Shown here: one piece after another, positions 13,240 through 25,031 of the stretch | How the letters are laid out: every line of letters begins with the position of its first letter | Numbering within the stretch: the first letter of the stretch is position 1 | Assembly: GCF_030684315.1 (NCBI RefSeq) | Contig: NC_081361.1 | Span: 41,461,045 to 41,525,044, forward strand | Source of the DNA: Stegostoma tigrinum | Lineage: Eukaryota | Direction of reading: 5' to 3' | Length of the DNA stretch: 64,000 nt | Position numbers and translations under genes: made by a program | Notes under the pieces: model-generated | Told to the model about the DNA's origin: nothing | The model's input: the letters and a program-made list of their open reading frames with translations, nothing else | The model's database searches: none

Positions 13240-16200
13240 CAGTGAATAAAACAAAACTCCATTTCCTTGGTTCTTTCATCCAGATCATTAATATATAATA
13301 AATAGCTCTGGTCCCAACACTCTCCGCTGCTGAACTCCACCAGTCACTTGTTGCCATTCTGAAAAATCCTCACTTTATCCCTTTATCTGTCTTCTGCCAA
13401 TTAGCCAATACTTTATCCACGCCAATACTTTGCTCCTAACACCATGGGCTTTTATCTCATAGAGTCACAGAGTCATAGAGTCATACAGCACAGAAATAGA
13501 CTCTTCAGTCCATCCTGTCCTTGCTGACCAGGTTCCTCATTATGGCTTTCCAAACTTAAACTAGTCCCATTTGCCAACATTTGGCCCATATCCCTCTAAA
13601 ACCTTCCTAATCATGTACCTGTCCAAATGTCTTTAAAATGTGCATCTACCACATCTTCTGGCAGTTCATTTCACTCACAAACTACCCTCAGTGTGAAAAG
13701 GTTGTCCCTCAGGTCCCTTTGAAATCTTCCCCTCACAACTTCAACCTATGCCTTCTAGTTTTGGACTCCCTACCCTAGGGAAAGGCATTATAAAAGATTT
13801 TATATACCTCTGTAAAGTGGCCCCTCAGCTTCCTCTGCTCCAGTGAAAGAAGTCCCAGCCTGTCCAGCCTCTCCTTATAACTCAAATCCTCCAATCCCAG
13901 TAACATCCTTGTAAATCTTTTCTGCACTCTTTACAGTTTATTAACATAATTCTTTACAGCATGACACCCTGAATTGTATGTAGTACTCCAAAAGTGGCCT
14001 CACCAATGTCCTGCACAGCCACATGACATCCCAACTCCTACGGAGGCATGGGATTGAGAGTGATTTAGCGGTTTGGATCAGAAATTGGCTAGCTGTAAGT
14101 AGACAGTGGGTGGTGGTTGTTGGGAAATGTCCATCGTGGAGTTCAGTTACTAGTGGTGAACCGCAAGGATCTGCTTTGGGGCCACTCTTGTCATTTTTAT
14201 AAATGACCTGGATGAGGGCGCAGAGGATGGGTTAGTAAATTTGCAGATGACACTAAAGTCGGTGGAGTTGTGGATAGTGTGTAAGGATGTTGCAGGTTAC
14301 ACAGGGACATAAGCTGCAGGGCTGGGCTAAGAAGTGGCAAATGGAGTTTAATGCAGAAAGGTGCGAGGTGATGCACTTTGGAAGGAGTAACAGAAATACA
14401 GAGTACTGGGCTAATGGTAAGATTCTTGGTAGTGTGGATGAGCAGAGAGATCTCGGTGTCCATGTGTATAGATCCCTGAAAGTCGCCACCCAGGGTGATA
14501 GGGTTGTTAAGAAGGCGTACGGTGTGTTAGATTTTATTGGTAGAGGGATTGAGTTTCAGAGCCACGAGGTCACGTTGCAGGTGTACAAAACTCTGGTGCG
14601 GCCACACTTGGAGTATTGTGTACTGGTCGCTGCATTATAGGAAGGATGTGGAAGCATTAGAAAGGGTGTACAGGAGGTTTACCAGGAAATTGCCTGGTAA
14701 TGGAGGGAAGGTCTTATGAGGAAAGGCTGAGGGGCTTGAGGCTGTTTTCGTTAGAGAGAAGAAGGTTAAGAGGTGACTTAATAGAGACATACAAGATGAT
14801 CAGAGGATTAGATAGGGTCGACAGTGAGAGCCTTTTTCCCCCGGATGGCGACGGCTAGCACGAGGGGACATAGCTTTAAATTGACGAGTGATAGATATGG
14901 GACAGATGTCAGAGGTAGGTGCTTTACTCAGAGAGTAATAAGGGCGTGGAATGCCCTGCCTGCAACAGTAGTAGACTTGCCAACTTTAAGGGTATTTAAA
15001 TGGACATTGGATTAACACATGGATGATAACGGAATAGTGTAGGTTAGATGGGCTTCAAATTGTTGCACCGACCTGTGAAACCATCGAGGGCCGAAGGGCC
15101 TGTACTGCGCTGTAATGTTCTATGTTCTTGCCTTCATTGGTCAGACCCTTGAGTAAAGTGTGCCAATGTCTTCATCACCACCAAGTCTACCTGTGACACC
15201 ACTTTCAAAGAACTATGTACTTGAACGCCTAGGTCTCTCTATTCATCAGTCCTCCCCAGGGCCCTACCATTAACAGTTTAAGTCCTTCCCCAGACGGTCT
15301 TACCGAAATGCAACACCTATCTAAATTAAACTTCATTCGCCACTCCTTGGCCCATGGACCCATCTGATCAAGATCCTGTTGTACCCTGAGATTACCTCTT
15401 TCACTGCTCAGTATTCCACCAATTTTGGTGTCGTCTACAAACTAACTAACCTTGCCTCCTATATTCTCATGTAGATCATTGTACAAAAAGGACAAACAAT
15501 AGTGGGCCTAGTATTGATCCTTGCAGAACACCGCTAGTTAAAGGCCTCCAGTCTCCGAAACAATCCTTCACCACTACTCTCCGTCTCCCACTGGCAAACC
15601 AACTTGTATCTAATTGGCTATATCTCCCTGGATCCCATCCAATCTAACTTTATTAACCAGTCTATCATGTAGAACTTTGACAAATGCCTTGCTAAAGTCC
15701 ACGTAGACAACATCCACTACTCTGCCTTCATCTATCCTCTTGGTCATGTCCTCAAAAAGCTCAGTTTTGTCAGACACAATTTCCCATGCACAAAGCCATG
15801 CTGGCTATCCCTAATCAGAGGCAGCTTGTCAAAGGCCTATTGATCCAAATAGCTCATGTCCATTGGCTCTCCTTTGTCAAACTTGCTCATTAGTTCTGCA
15901 AAGAGATTTGTCAGGCATGACCTCCCCTTAAGGAAGCCATGCTGACTCAGCACTTCCAAGTACACTCAATCTCATCCATAACAACGGGCTCTATAATCTT
16001 AAAAAAACGACTGAGGTCAGACTAATCGGCATATAGTTTCCAGTCTTCTGCCTCCCTCCCCTCTTAAACAGGGTGTTATATTAATCATTTTCCACTCCTC
16101 TGGCACCCTCCCTGACTCCAATGATTCCTGAAAGATCACCACGAATGCTTTGGTCCAGGTGATTAATCCACCTTCAGGCCTTCCTACATCTCCAGCATCA

Positions 16201-17945
16201 CTTTTCAGTGGTCCAACGTCCATTCTTGCCTCTCTCTCTTAGCTACATATATCTAAAAAAAACTCTTGCAATCTTCCTTTATATTACTAGTTAGTTTACA
16301 CTCATATTTCATCCACCCGCTTTTTTAGTTATACTCTGCTGGTTTTAAAGACTTCCCAGGATAATCTTCACCCATTGTATATTACTTCATTTGCTTTTAT
16401 GCTGTCCCTGACTTCTCGTCAGCCATGGTTGCTTCGTAATCCCCTTTGTATGTTTCTTTTTTCTAGTGGGCTCTACCACAAGCTGCTCCAACAAAAACAC
16501 CTCGTAGACATTCTGCAAATTCCTTTTCTTGAGATCCACTACCTATCTGATTTTCCCAGTCCACCTGCATACTGTAGTCCCCCATGATTATTATAAAAAA
16601 AGTAATTTTCTTACATGCATTTTCTATCTCCTAGTTTATTTTCTTCCCCATATCCTAACTACTGCTAGGACATAACTCCTATTTGGGTCTTATTTCCTTT
16701 GCAGTTCTAACCACACAGATTCTACACATTTCAACTCTTTCTTACTTCTTGCTATCAATTTAATTTGACTTCTCACTAACACGGCAACGCTGCCCCTTCT
16801 GTCCATTTGCCTGTCCTTTCAATAGGACATGTTTCCTCAGATGTTTAGTTCCCAGCCCTGATCCCCTTGCAGCCATGTCTCTGTGATGCCCACTACAATG
16901 CACCCATCAATTTCAGTCTGCACTACAAACTCATTTATCTTGTTTCATATATAGCGTTTATTGAAGTATGACACCTTCGGTCCTGTGTCGACTGCCCCCT
17001 TCTCATGGCTGTCTCCTTATCTGCTGTGCCTGAAGTTAGATTTTTAACATGTTCCATACTCTCTCCTTTTACTTGTTCTGAAAATTTTACTAACCTCTGC
17101 TGAGTCCTCCCTGCTTTTAACTTTTTCCATGCAACTGAACCCACCCTCCTAATAATTAGTTTAAAGCGCTGTCCACAGCCCTAGTTATGTGATTCTCCAG
17201 GGCTCTGATCCCAGCATAATTCAGGTGGGAGTCCATTCCATTGGAACAGCTCCCTCCTTCTCCAGTACTGGTGCCAAAGTCCTATGAATTCAAACCCGTT
17301 TCTCCTATACACCCAATCTTTGAGCTACGTGTTTACTTCTTTAATCTTGCTCACCCTATGCCTATTCCCTTGTGGCTCAGATAGAAATCAGAGATTAACT
17401 TTTGGTTCTACTTTCTAATTGAGCCCTTAAGCTGTTCATATTACCTCAGCAGAACGTCTTTCCTCTTTCTACCTATATGGACCATGACAACTGGATCTTT
17501 CCCTCCCACTCCAAGTTCCTCTCCAGCCAGATGAGATACCCGGAACCCAGCCAAGTAACATAACATTCAGGACTCTTGATCCTGAAAACACAGAAATGGC
17601 TATTCCTCTGGCTATACTACTCTTGATTACAACTACTTTTCTTTCTTCTCCCCCCTCTGGAATGGCTTCCTGTACCACTTTGGTCAGTTTGCTCATCCGC
17701 CCTACAGCCCCCACTCTCATTACACAGGGAGCAAGAATCTCAAACCTGTTAGATAAGCTCAAGGGCTGGTATCTCCAGCCTACCTCCTGGATTCCTCTAC
17801 ATGCCTCACTTGTCATCACGTCACCCTGTTCTTGACCGAATTTGAGGTAGTTAATCTAAGGGGCGTGACTGCCTTCTGAAACAGTGTCCAGGTAAATCTA
17901 CCCTCCATGATGAGTTGCAGAGTACAAAGTTCAGATTCCAGCTCA
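13240..17945 (-). mobile_element. Nested CR1 cluster: element A (-, 13240-13460 and about 15817-17945), B (-, 13461-14040 and about 15160-15816), C (+, 14041-15127)
   Basis: RT/C-terminal motifs (KFADDTK, WAKKWQMEFN, YKTLVRPHLEY); ORF1-like remnant LSLSNRFEIL..KVVVI near 17600-17770; separate 3' microsatellite tails. Confidence 0.8.
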
Positions 17946-18059
17946 TCAAAAAGAAAAAGGGCTTGCACTTGGGGAGAGCAGATTTTAGTAAAATAAGGCA
18001 AGATATGGCCAAGGTAGGCTGGGAACAACTACTATTGGGGCACGGGGGGACATGCACAG

Positions 18060-18528
18060 GAGATTCATCAAAGTGCTGCCTGGGATGTAAAATTTAAGTT
18101 TGAGGAAAGGTTTGATAGGCTTGCATTGCTTTCACTGGAGCAGAGAAGACTGAAAGGTGGTCTGATTGAGGTCTACATAATTATGAGGGGCATGGACAGA
18201 ATGGATAAGGAGTAGCGATTCCCCTCAGTTAAAAGGTCAGTGACAAGGGTATACAGGCTGAAGGTGAGGAGGAGGTTCGGTGGAGAGTGCAAATGAAAGG
18301 AAAAACTTTTTTGGCAACAGTGTGTAATATGCTGCCTGGGTTAGTAGTAGAAGTATGGTGTCTCAAATTCTTTAAAAAGTACTTGGATGAGCACTTAACA
18401 GGTCATAGCATTCAAGGTCACGGTCAAGAGCTCATCAATGGGATTAAGTTGAAGATCAGGTGTTTCTCATGTTTCGGTGCAGACTCAATAGGCCGAAGGG
18501 CCTCTTCTGCACGGTATGATTCTATGAT
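18060..18528 (+). mobile_element. CR1 LINE 3' fragment
   Basis: Degenerate C-terminus and ggccgaagggcct..tatgattctatg tail. Confidence 0.75.
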
Positions 18529-19276
18529 GTTAACTCTGAGCCACAGTTCCTCAAGCGACCAACACTTGCTAGAGATGTGGTCACCATGAACCATTATAAA
18601 ACATAAATTTCCAAAACCAGACATCAAAATTTGTAATGATAATGTTGGATTTAGACAAACCCATTTGAGAAGTTTAGGTCACCATGCAAAACAAAGAAAA
18701 AAACACTAACCTTTAAATGTATTCTATTGTAATCATCTAGTGTCTTTTTTCAGGGTCAAATTACCCCCTGAAGACATAGTTTTTTACAAGACAGTCAAAA
18801 CAAACGCTTTCATCAGAAAACAAACTGTATTCCACCAACATTAATTTAAATGTCACATATTACCCATCTCTAATGGAACTAGAGTGGCGTGTTGCTTCAT
18901 GTGCATAATCTCAGTTATTTCTCTTACCTACAATCAATTACATGATAGAACAACATACTAACATCCTTAAATTTCTTACTGCTTAAAATTCATATCAAGC
19001 TAATTTTAAACTTAACCACTAAAGTATCTCCAGTGTTGAAAAAAAACACTCATATCTCCTTGGGAGAGGGACAGGCAATACAAAATCCGGATGAGTCCAA
19101 AAACAATTCATTCAGCAACTCACTAGGACAATAGAGTCAGGCTCTTCTATCCTAGATTAATATCTCTCCCAGCTCTCACAAGTGGCTGCAAATGTCACAT
19201 CCTGAAAATGAGGGCTGGGGAGGAAACACTTTCCCTTAAACTTCTGCCCACTTATTCCACCGAGTCCAACACTTAC

Positions 19277-19400
19277 CCTGGCTGGTCACTGCTAGTGCCT
19301 GGCTGTAGCCACAAGGATTCCCAAATGAGCTGTAAAACTCACCAAACTACTAAACCTCCTGTTTCCCAGGAGGGGAGCACGGAACCATAACGCAGAAAAT
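19277..19400 (-). other. LRRC42: Probable non-coding first exon of LRRC42 (start approximate)
   Basis: Strong minus-strand donor AGG|gtaagt at 19277/19276 beside the CpG-rich promoter shared with IFT25; the first coding exon has an acceptor, so an upstream exon is needed. Confidence 0.55.
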
Positions 19401-19510
19401 TGAGGGAAGGTGATTATGGGAAGGACCGGAAGTCACCGCCGGTCACGGGGGGAGTATATGTGAAGGACCGGAAGTGGCGGGTTGCTGTAGTAACGGCCGG
19501 GGAGGTTGAC
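19400..19510. promoter_or_regulatory. LRRC42/IFT25 bidirectional promoter with two ETS/GABPA sites and an RFX X-box
   Basis: GAAGGACCGGAAGT at 19420-19433 and 19462-19475; GTTGCTGTAGTAAC at 19481-19494; locally CpG-rich; head-to-head genes. Confidence 0.75.
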
Positions 19511-19605
19511 ATGAAGCGGGATTTCGGTTTGACGGTGGCGGGGACGCAGGTTGTGTTGGCGGCGTCTTCAGATGAGAAACACCCGCCGGAGAACATCCTG
19601 GACGG
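19511..19605 (+). CDS. IFT25: IFT25 (HSPB11) coding exon 1 (MKRDFGLTVAGTQVVLAASSDEKHPPENILDG)
   Basis: SSDEKHPPENI.DG matches vertebrate HSPB11/IFT25; donor gtgag at 19606. Confidence 0.94.
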
Positions 19606-20011
19606 GTGAGGATCTTCAGCTTGTCCGTGCGGTTGGCGAACAGGATCGTCCCCTTAGATAACACAGCATTGCGTTGATATAGCGCCTGGCGCGTGCCCTA
19701 CACCTTGAGAATTTCTAAGTACCCATTGCCCTGCGAGAAATCCTATCAAAGTTGGCTGTTCGTCAGCTTTTTATTTTAGTTATGAAATGGTTGCGTCGAC
19801 AGTCTGATGCTATTACTTCAGCTCCATGCCCGGATTATGCAGTAAAATGCCTCAATTCTTTGCAGAACCAGTGTCGGGTGGTAGAGGTGGAATTCTCGGC
19901 AGAAAGGTAGTTAGATCTATCAGTGAGACTTCTTTCACGGTCAAAAGCGAACACCCCTGCTTTGGTAGAGGTTGCAATATAGCCTAGTGATAAAAAGACC
20001 TTTTATTTATA

Positions 20012-20100
20012 TGATAACAGTATGGAGCTGGAGGAACGCGGCAGGCCCAGCAGCATTAGAGGAGCAGGAAAGTTGACGTTTCGGCTCGGGACCTTTCTTC
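20012..20100 (-). mobile_element. Short decayed Penelope terminal-repeat fragment
   Basis: Similar to the terminal repeat at 10785-10880 (gcaggcccagcagcat...gacgtttcgg). Confidence 0.65.
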
Positions 20101-20635
20101 AACACTTTTCACAACCACCAGCTTTCTCAAAGTGTTTTCCAGCTAACTAAGTCCATTGAAGTGTAGTTACAGTTGTAATTCAACATTTAACAGCAGCTAA
20201 TTGTACGCATTGCAAGGTCCCACAGACAGAAATAACCACAGATTATCTGCGGTTTTGAGAGTGCTAAGTATTGGACAAGATAACTAGGTATAATATTCCG
20301 GCTTTTCAAATGCAAGTGTCTCCCCTCCCACTCTGATTAAAGGGAGATTGCACCCAAATGAAAAATGTAGCAAATTTTATCCCAAGAATTGCCAGATTAT
20401 AGTCCAGAAACTTTGACTGTTTTCCTTTTCTCTTACCCACTATCCAATGCTTGGGATTGTTTTATCAAATTCAAGGTGCTCTATGAATGCAAGTCATTTT
20501 CATCTAGGCTCGGCACGAAGAACAGTCACCTGCTAGAACTGGCTATCTATGATACTAATGAGACACAGATTAGAAAAAAAGATGAAAATTCAATAAACAA
20601 AAATACCAAGTCTCATACTGTACTTCTGTTCACAG

Positions 20636-20742
20636 TAATACAGAATCATTTTGGATTACAACAGGAATGTTCCCACAAGAATTTATCCTAAGTTTTGCTA
20701 ATCTTATAAAAATTAGCTCAATGAAAATTCACTGTTACAATG
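20636..20742 (+). CDS. IFT25: IFT25 (HSPB11) coding exon 2 (NTESFWITTGMFPQEFILSFANLIKISSMKIHCYN)
   Basis: 107 nt, cacag/gtaag; FWxTTGMFPQEFI motif. Confidence 0.95.
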
Positions 20743-21080
20743 GTAAGATTTTTGCTGCTTTTTAATTACTATATTTGAATATACTAATGATTTACTATGA
20801 TAAACAAGCTACTTTACCTCGTTCCATATGGATCAAAGAATAAAGTGCAATGAACAGTAGTTCTTAATTATTCATGATCTTTACCAAGCTTTTATGCATG
20901 ACTTTGCAAATACCTATTCAGTTTTGAGAGGAGTATATTTCTAGCTATATTTCAGTGTAAATGCATGAGTAAACATTGAACTATCTTGCAAAATTCATGA
21001 GAATAAAGTAAGACACCATCTACTCAAAATAATTGTAAATGTTCCAAAAGTAATAAGTTTTTCTTGGTTTACCATTCCAG

Positions 21081-21149
21081 TGCGTAACCTTGGTATTGAG
21101 AGAAGTATAGCAAGAGATCCTGTAGATTTTGAACCATTGAGTAACAATG
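21081..21149 (+). CDS. IFT25: IFT25 (HSPB11) coding exon 3 (VRNLGIERSIARDPVDFEPLSNN)
   Basis: 69 nt, ccag/gtaagt; PVDFE motif. Confidence 0.92.
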
Positions 21150-21263
21150 GTAAGTGTACTCAACAAATATTTTGATAATATTGCCAAGATTGTTGTTGAA
21201 AATAGTTGCTTCCGTTCCATTTCTTTTGATGGTTTTCATCCTGTTGTGCTTACTTTTTACCAG

Positions 21264-21307
21264 AACTTGAGCGCTCTGAGGAACAGCTTCAAGTAAAGGA
21301 ATTTACA
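21264..21307 (+). CDS. IFT25: IFT25 (HSPB11) coding exon 4 (ELERSEEQLQVKEFT)
   Basis: 44 nt, accag/gtaagt; restores phase 0; resembles DLVHTEGQLQNEE. Confidence 0.88.
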
Positions 21308-21734
21308 GTAAGTAAATTCTACAAAAAGCTGAGGTAACATATTAGGTATGAAATCATTATAGGTCAGTTCCTCCCCAAAGTAGTATTGAATAGTGTTGTA
21401 GCGGTTTGATTTCCCCATTTCTACTGAAGTTTTTGATCTCTATGGTGCTGTTGCAGCAAGCTTCTGAGCGAAGGACAATCACTTTCCCAAGTTGGAAAAT
21501 GAGGCCAATTCAAATAATGTACACGTACACATTATTAAATTTAACTAAGTGGTTCAAAATAATATTCATTATTTTGGGAATGCAAGGTGCACTGTGACCT
21601 AGTTTGCTAAGTAAAATAACATAACAATTCAAGGGTCAAAAAAGGGTAGAGACTTTAATGAATTATAAATACTAGCATGGACTGGGTTGACCAAATGGTC
21701 TGTTTCTTGCTGTATTGCTAACATTAATGCCACT

Positions 21735-23575
21735 CAAATAAAAGGCAATGACTTTCTCCAGCTGGAAATAATCTAACCATCGTCCCTTCACATACAGTGG
21801 CATTACTTTGGCTTCACATTGGGATTACCCATCATCGTGTTATGCGGCATTATCACAATGCCAAAATGGGATAGACTTAAACAGACCTAGCAACTCAAGT
21901 TTGGCTATTCATAAGGTGCTATGGGCATCACAGCAGCAGAATCTCCAACATAATCTGCAACCACATGACCCAGCATACCCCCATTCAGTTATTACCATCA
22001 AGACAGGCGATCAACTCTGGTTCAATGGAGTGTGCAGGAGCAGCACCAGCCATACCTAAAAATAAGTTGTCAACTTGGTGAAACTAAGTAGGGCTACCAA
22101 ACGGCATAAACAGCAAGTTGTAGGCAGCAAAACTATCCCACAATCAACTGATGAGATCTAAGCTCCACTGTCCTGCAACATCCAATCATCAGTGGACAAT
22201 TAAACAACTCATCGGAGGAGTCATCTCCAGAAACATTCCCATCCTCAATGATGGCAGAGTTGAGCACATCAGTACAAACAGTAGGGTAGAAGCATTTGCA
22301 GTAATCTTCAACCAGAAATATTGAGTGGATGATCCATTGTGGCCTCCTCCAGTGGTCCCACATCACAGATGCCAGCCTTCAGCCAAAGAAATGTTTGAAG
22401 ACATTGGATACGGCTAAGATTCCAGGCCCAGACAACACTTTGGCAATAGTATTGAAGAATACAAAACTTGCCGTACCATAGCTAAGCTGTTTCGGTTCAG
22501 CTACAACACCGGCATTTCCCCAACTGTTTGGAAAATTGCCCAGATATGTTCTGTACATAAAAAGTAGGATAAATCTGACCTGGTCATTTTCCAGCCCATC
22601 AATCTATTCTCGATCATTAGTAAAGTGATGGAAGGTGTCATCAACAGAGCTATCAAGCAGCACCTGCTAAGCAATAATCTGCTCAGTGACGCCCAGTTTG
22701 GGTTCTGTCAGGGCCAGTCAGCTGTTGATCTCATTACAGCCTTGGTTCAAACGTGGTCAAAAGAGCAGATTTCTAGAGGTGAGATGAGAGTGACCTCAAG
22801 ACTGCATTTGACGGTGTGGCATCGAGGAGCCCTAGCAAAACTGGAATCCATGGTAATCGGAAGTATGAAGGCAGCTCACCATACCTTCTCACGCACAACC
22901 AGGGATGGGTAATGAATGATGGCCAGCCAGCAACACCTACGACCTACGAATGACTAAAATAAATCCCCTGCTTCCAACATTGTGAAGTTGCCATTGACTG
23001 GAAACTGAACTGGACTAGTCGCATTAAACTGTGAGTACAAAAGGAAGTCTGAGGTTAAGAATGTGACAGGTAAATGACCCCAAACTCCCCAAAATCTGTG
23101 CACGATCTATGAGGCACAAATCATGTGATGGAATACTCCACTTGCCTAGATGTGTGCAGCGCGAATAACTCTCAAGAATTTCTTCCCAGGATAAAATATC
23201 CAGCCTGTTTGGCATCCTATCCACCAACTTACTTATACACTGCCTCTCTTACTGATGCAGAGTGTTAGCAGTGTGTGCTTTCCATAAGGTGCGCTGCACC
23301 ACTCACCAAGGTTCTTTTTACAGCACCTACCAAACCTGCAACTTCGAGCACTTATGCCATGGAGAGCAAACATGTGGGAGCACCACCACCTGCAAATTCT
23401 CCTTCAAATCATAACTAACCTGACTTGGAACTAACATTGCCATTCCTTCATTATTGTACATCTCAATCTTAGTACTCCCTTCCCGCTGTGTCTACCTAGC
23501 CCCATGGACTGCAGTGATTCAAGACAGCTGTCATACTTTAAAGGGCAAGTAGATGGGGACAATAGATGTTTATTT
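21735..23575 (+). mobile_element. CR1/L2-group LINE (second family), decayed, in IFT25 intron 4
   Basis: KVMEGVIN.AIKQHLLSNNLLSDAQFGF RT N-terminal motif. Confidence 0.8.
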
Positions 23576-24070
23576 TTAAATTCATTCTTGAGATATGAAC
23601 ATCATTGACTAGGCCAGTATTTTTTGCCTATTCCTAATTACCCAGAGGGCATTTAAGTAATATCCACATATTACTGTGGATCCAAAGTCACTTGTGGACA
23701 AGACCAGATAAGGGCAGCAGATTGTCATCTCTCAGGGTCATTAAAGAACCAGATGGCTGTTGTCAATTGACAGTGATTCCATGGTCAGCATTAGGCTAGC
23801 TTTTTATTGAATTTAAACTTCATCTGACAAGGTGGGTTTCAAATCCATATCCCCAGAATATTAAGCCTGGTTTAGGAGTCCAGTGATGTTACCACTCTCC
23901 CACAGCCTCCCCTCAAAGGCAGTTTAGTCAGTAATGCCCAAATTCTGTAAATCAGATAAGAAATCACATTATATGATGATATACATCTTGAAAATTGTGT
24001 TCTGAGTTGGGCATGCACTAACCTTTTCAAAAAAAAAAGTGTGAATTAATAAATTATATTCTCTATATAG

Positions 24071-24178
24071 CAGGATGAAACTAGAGCTACACATCTACGA
24101 TTTATCATAAAGTCTGGTTTTGATCACTTTGTGTCAGTACACAAGGTTACAGTGGAAGGTACAGAGGAAGATGCCTGA
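24071..24178 (+). CDS. IFT25: IFT25 (HSPB11) last coding exon (QDETRATHLRFIIKSGFDHFVSVHKVTVEGTEEDA*)
   Basis: ATxLRFII.S.FDHF.SVH motif; TGA 24176-24178; total CDS 423 nt; AATAAA at 24302-24307. Confidence 0.94.
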   Translation, partial: QDETRATHLRFIIKSGFDHFVSVHKVTVEGTEEDA

Positions 24179-24594
24179 GTCTACACTGCACAACTCTTGC
24201 TAACAGGACTTGATGGAACATTGATGTTGAGAAAATCTAACTAGTGTACATCCATCTACAGTATATTTATTATAAACCATAATTAGTGGATTGTTATTGT
24301 GAATAAATTATTTTGGTTTTGTAATACTGTGCAGTCTTCATTGGTAATTCCTGAAAGTACTCTTGATTAACATCTGAATGAACCATGAGAACTAGTACAA
24401 GATCTTCCTGTTTCACTATTGAAGGATTTTTATCTGACATGTCACTTCTGGATCCACCATCAGTATGTGCACTGTACTTTATTACTGTCCACTCTCTTAT
24501 CATTCTGCCATTCCATGGCCGTTATTTATTGGTCAGCCAGAGGTTTGAACCAATATTTAAATCTTTAGAATAAAGGCATGTCAATAGTTTCTTT

Positions 24595-24788
24595 ACACAT
24601 GGAATGCACTGCCAGCAGTGGTAGTAGAGTCAGATGCATTAGGGACATGTAAGCGGCTCTTGGATTGGAACATGGATGGTAGAAAAATGAAGGGTGTGTG
24701 GGTTAATTTTGATTTGAGGAGGATAATAGGTGAGCACAACATCGTGGGCCGAAGAGTCTGCACTGTACTGTTCTGTTCTATATTCTAG
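24595..24788 (+). mobile_element. CR1 3' tail between the convergent IFT25 and DIO1 3' ends
   Basis: tggaatgcactgcc...cacaacatcgtgggccgaag..ttctgttctatattct. Confidence 0.75.
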
Positions 24789-24956
24789 TTATAACTTGGA
24801 ATCAATGTGGAGCATTAACTGTAACAAATATTCCACTCCCTTAGAGGTAAATAGAGTTCTTCCACGTAAGGCAATAAAAACACATTCAAAAACACTTGGA
24901 TTGTAATTATTTAATAGTACTGATTGTAAAACTTCATCTTACTGAGTTACGTGCTC

Positions 24957-25031
24957 TTAGCTACATTTCAGAACATCAGTCCACAGCTTTCTCTGGGTTT
25001 TGACTGTAAGCTTCATAAACAATGTAGCTAA
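24957..25031 (-). promoter_or_regulatory. SECIS element of DIO1 (3'UTR)
   Basis: Minus strand reads TTAGCTACATT-GTTT-ATGA-AGCTTACAGTC-AAAA-CCCAGAGAAA-GCTGTGGAC-TGAT-GTTCTGA-AATGTAGCTAA: 11-bp perfect helix I, AUGA/UGAU core, AAA 11 nt after AUGA; ATTAAA downstream at 24915-24910. Confidence 0.92.
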
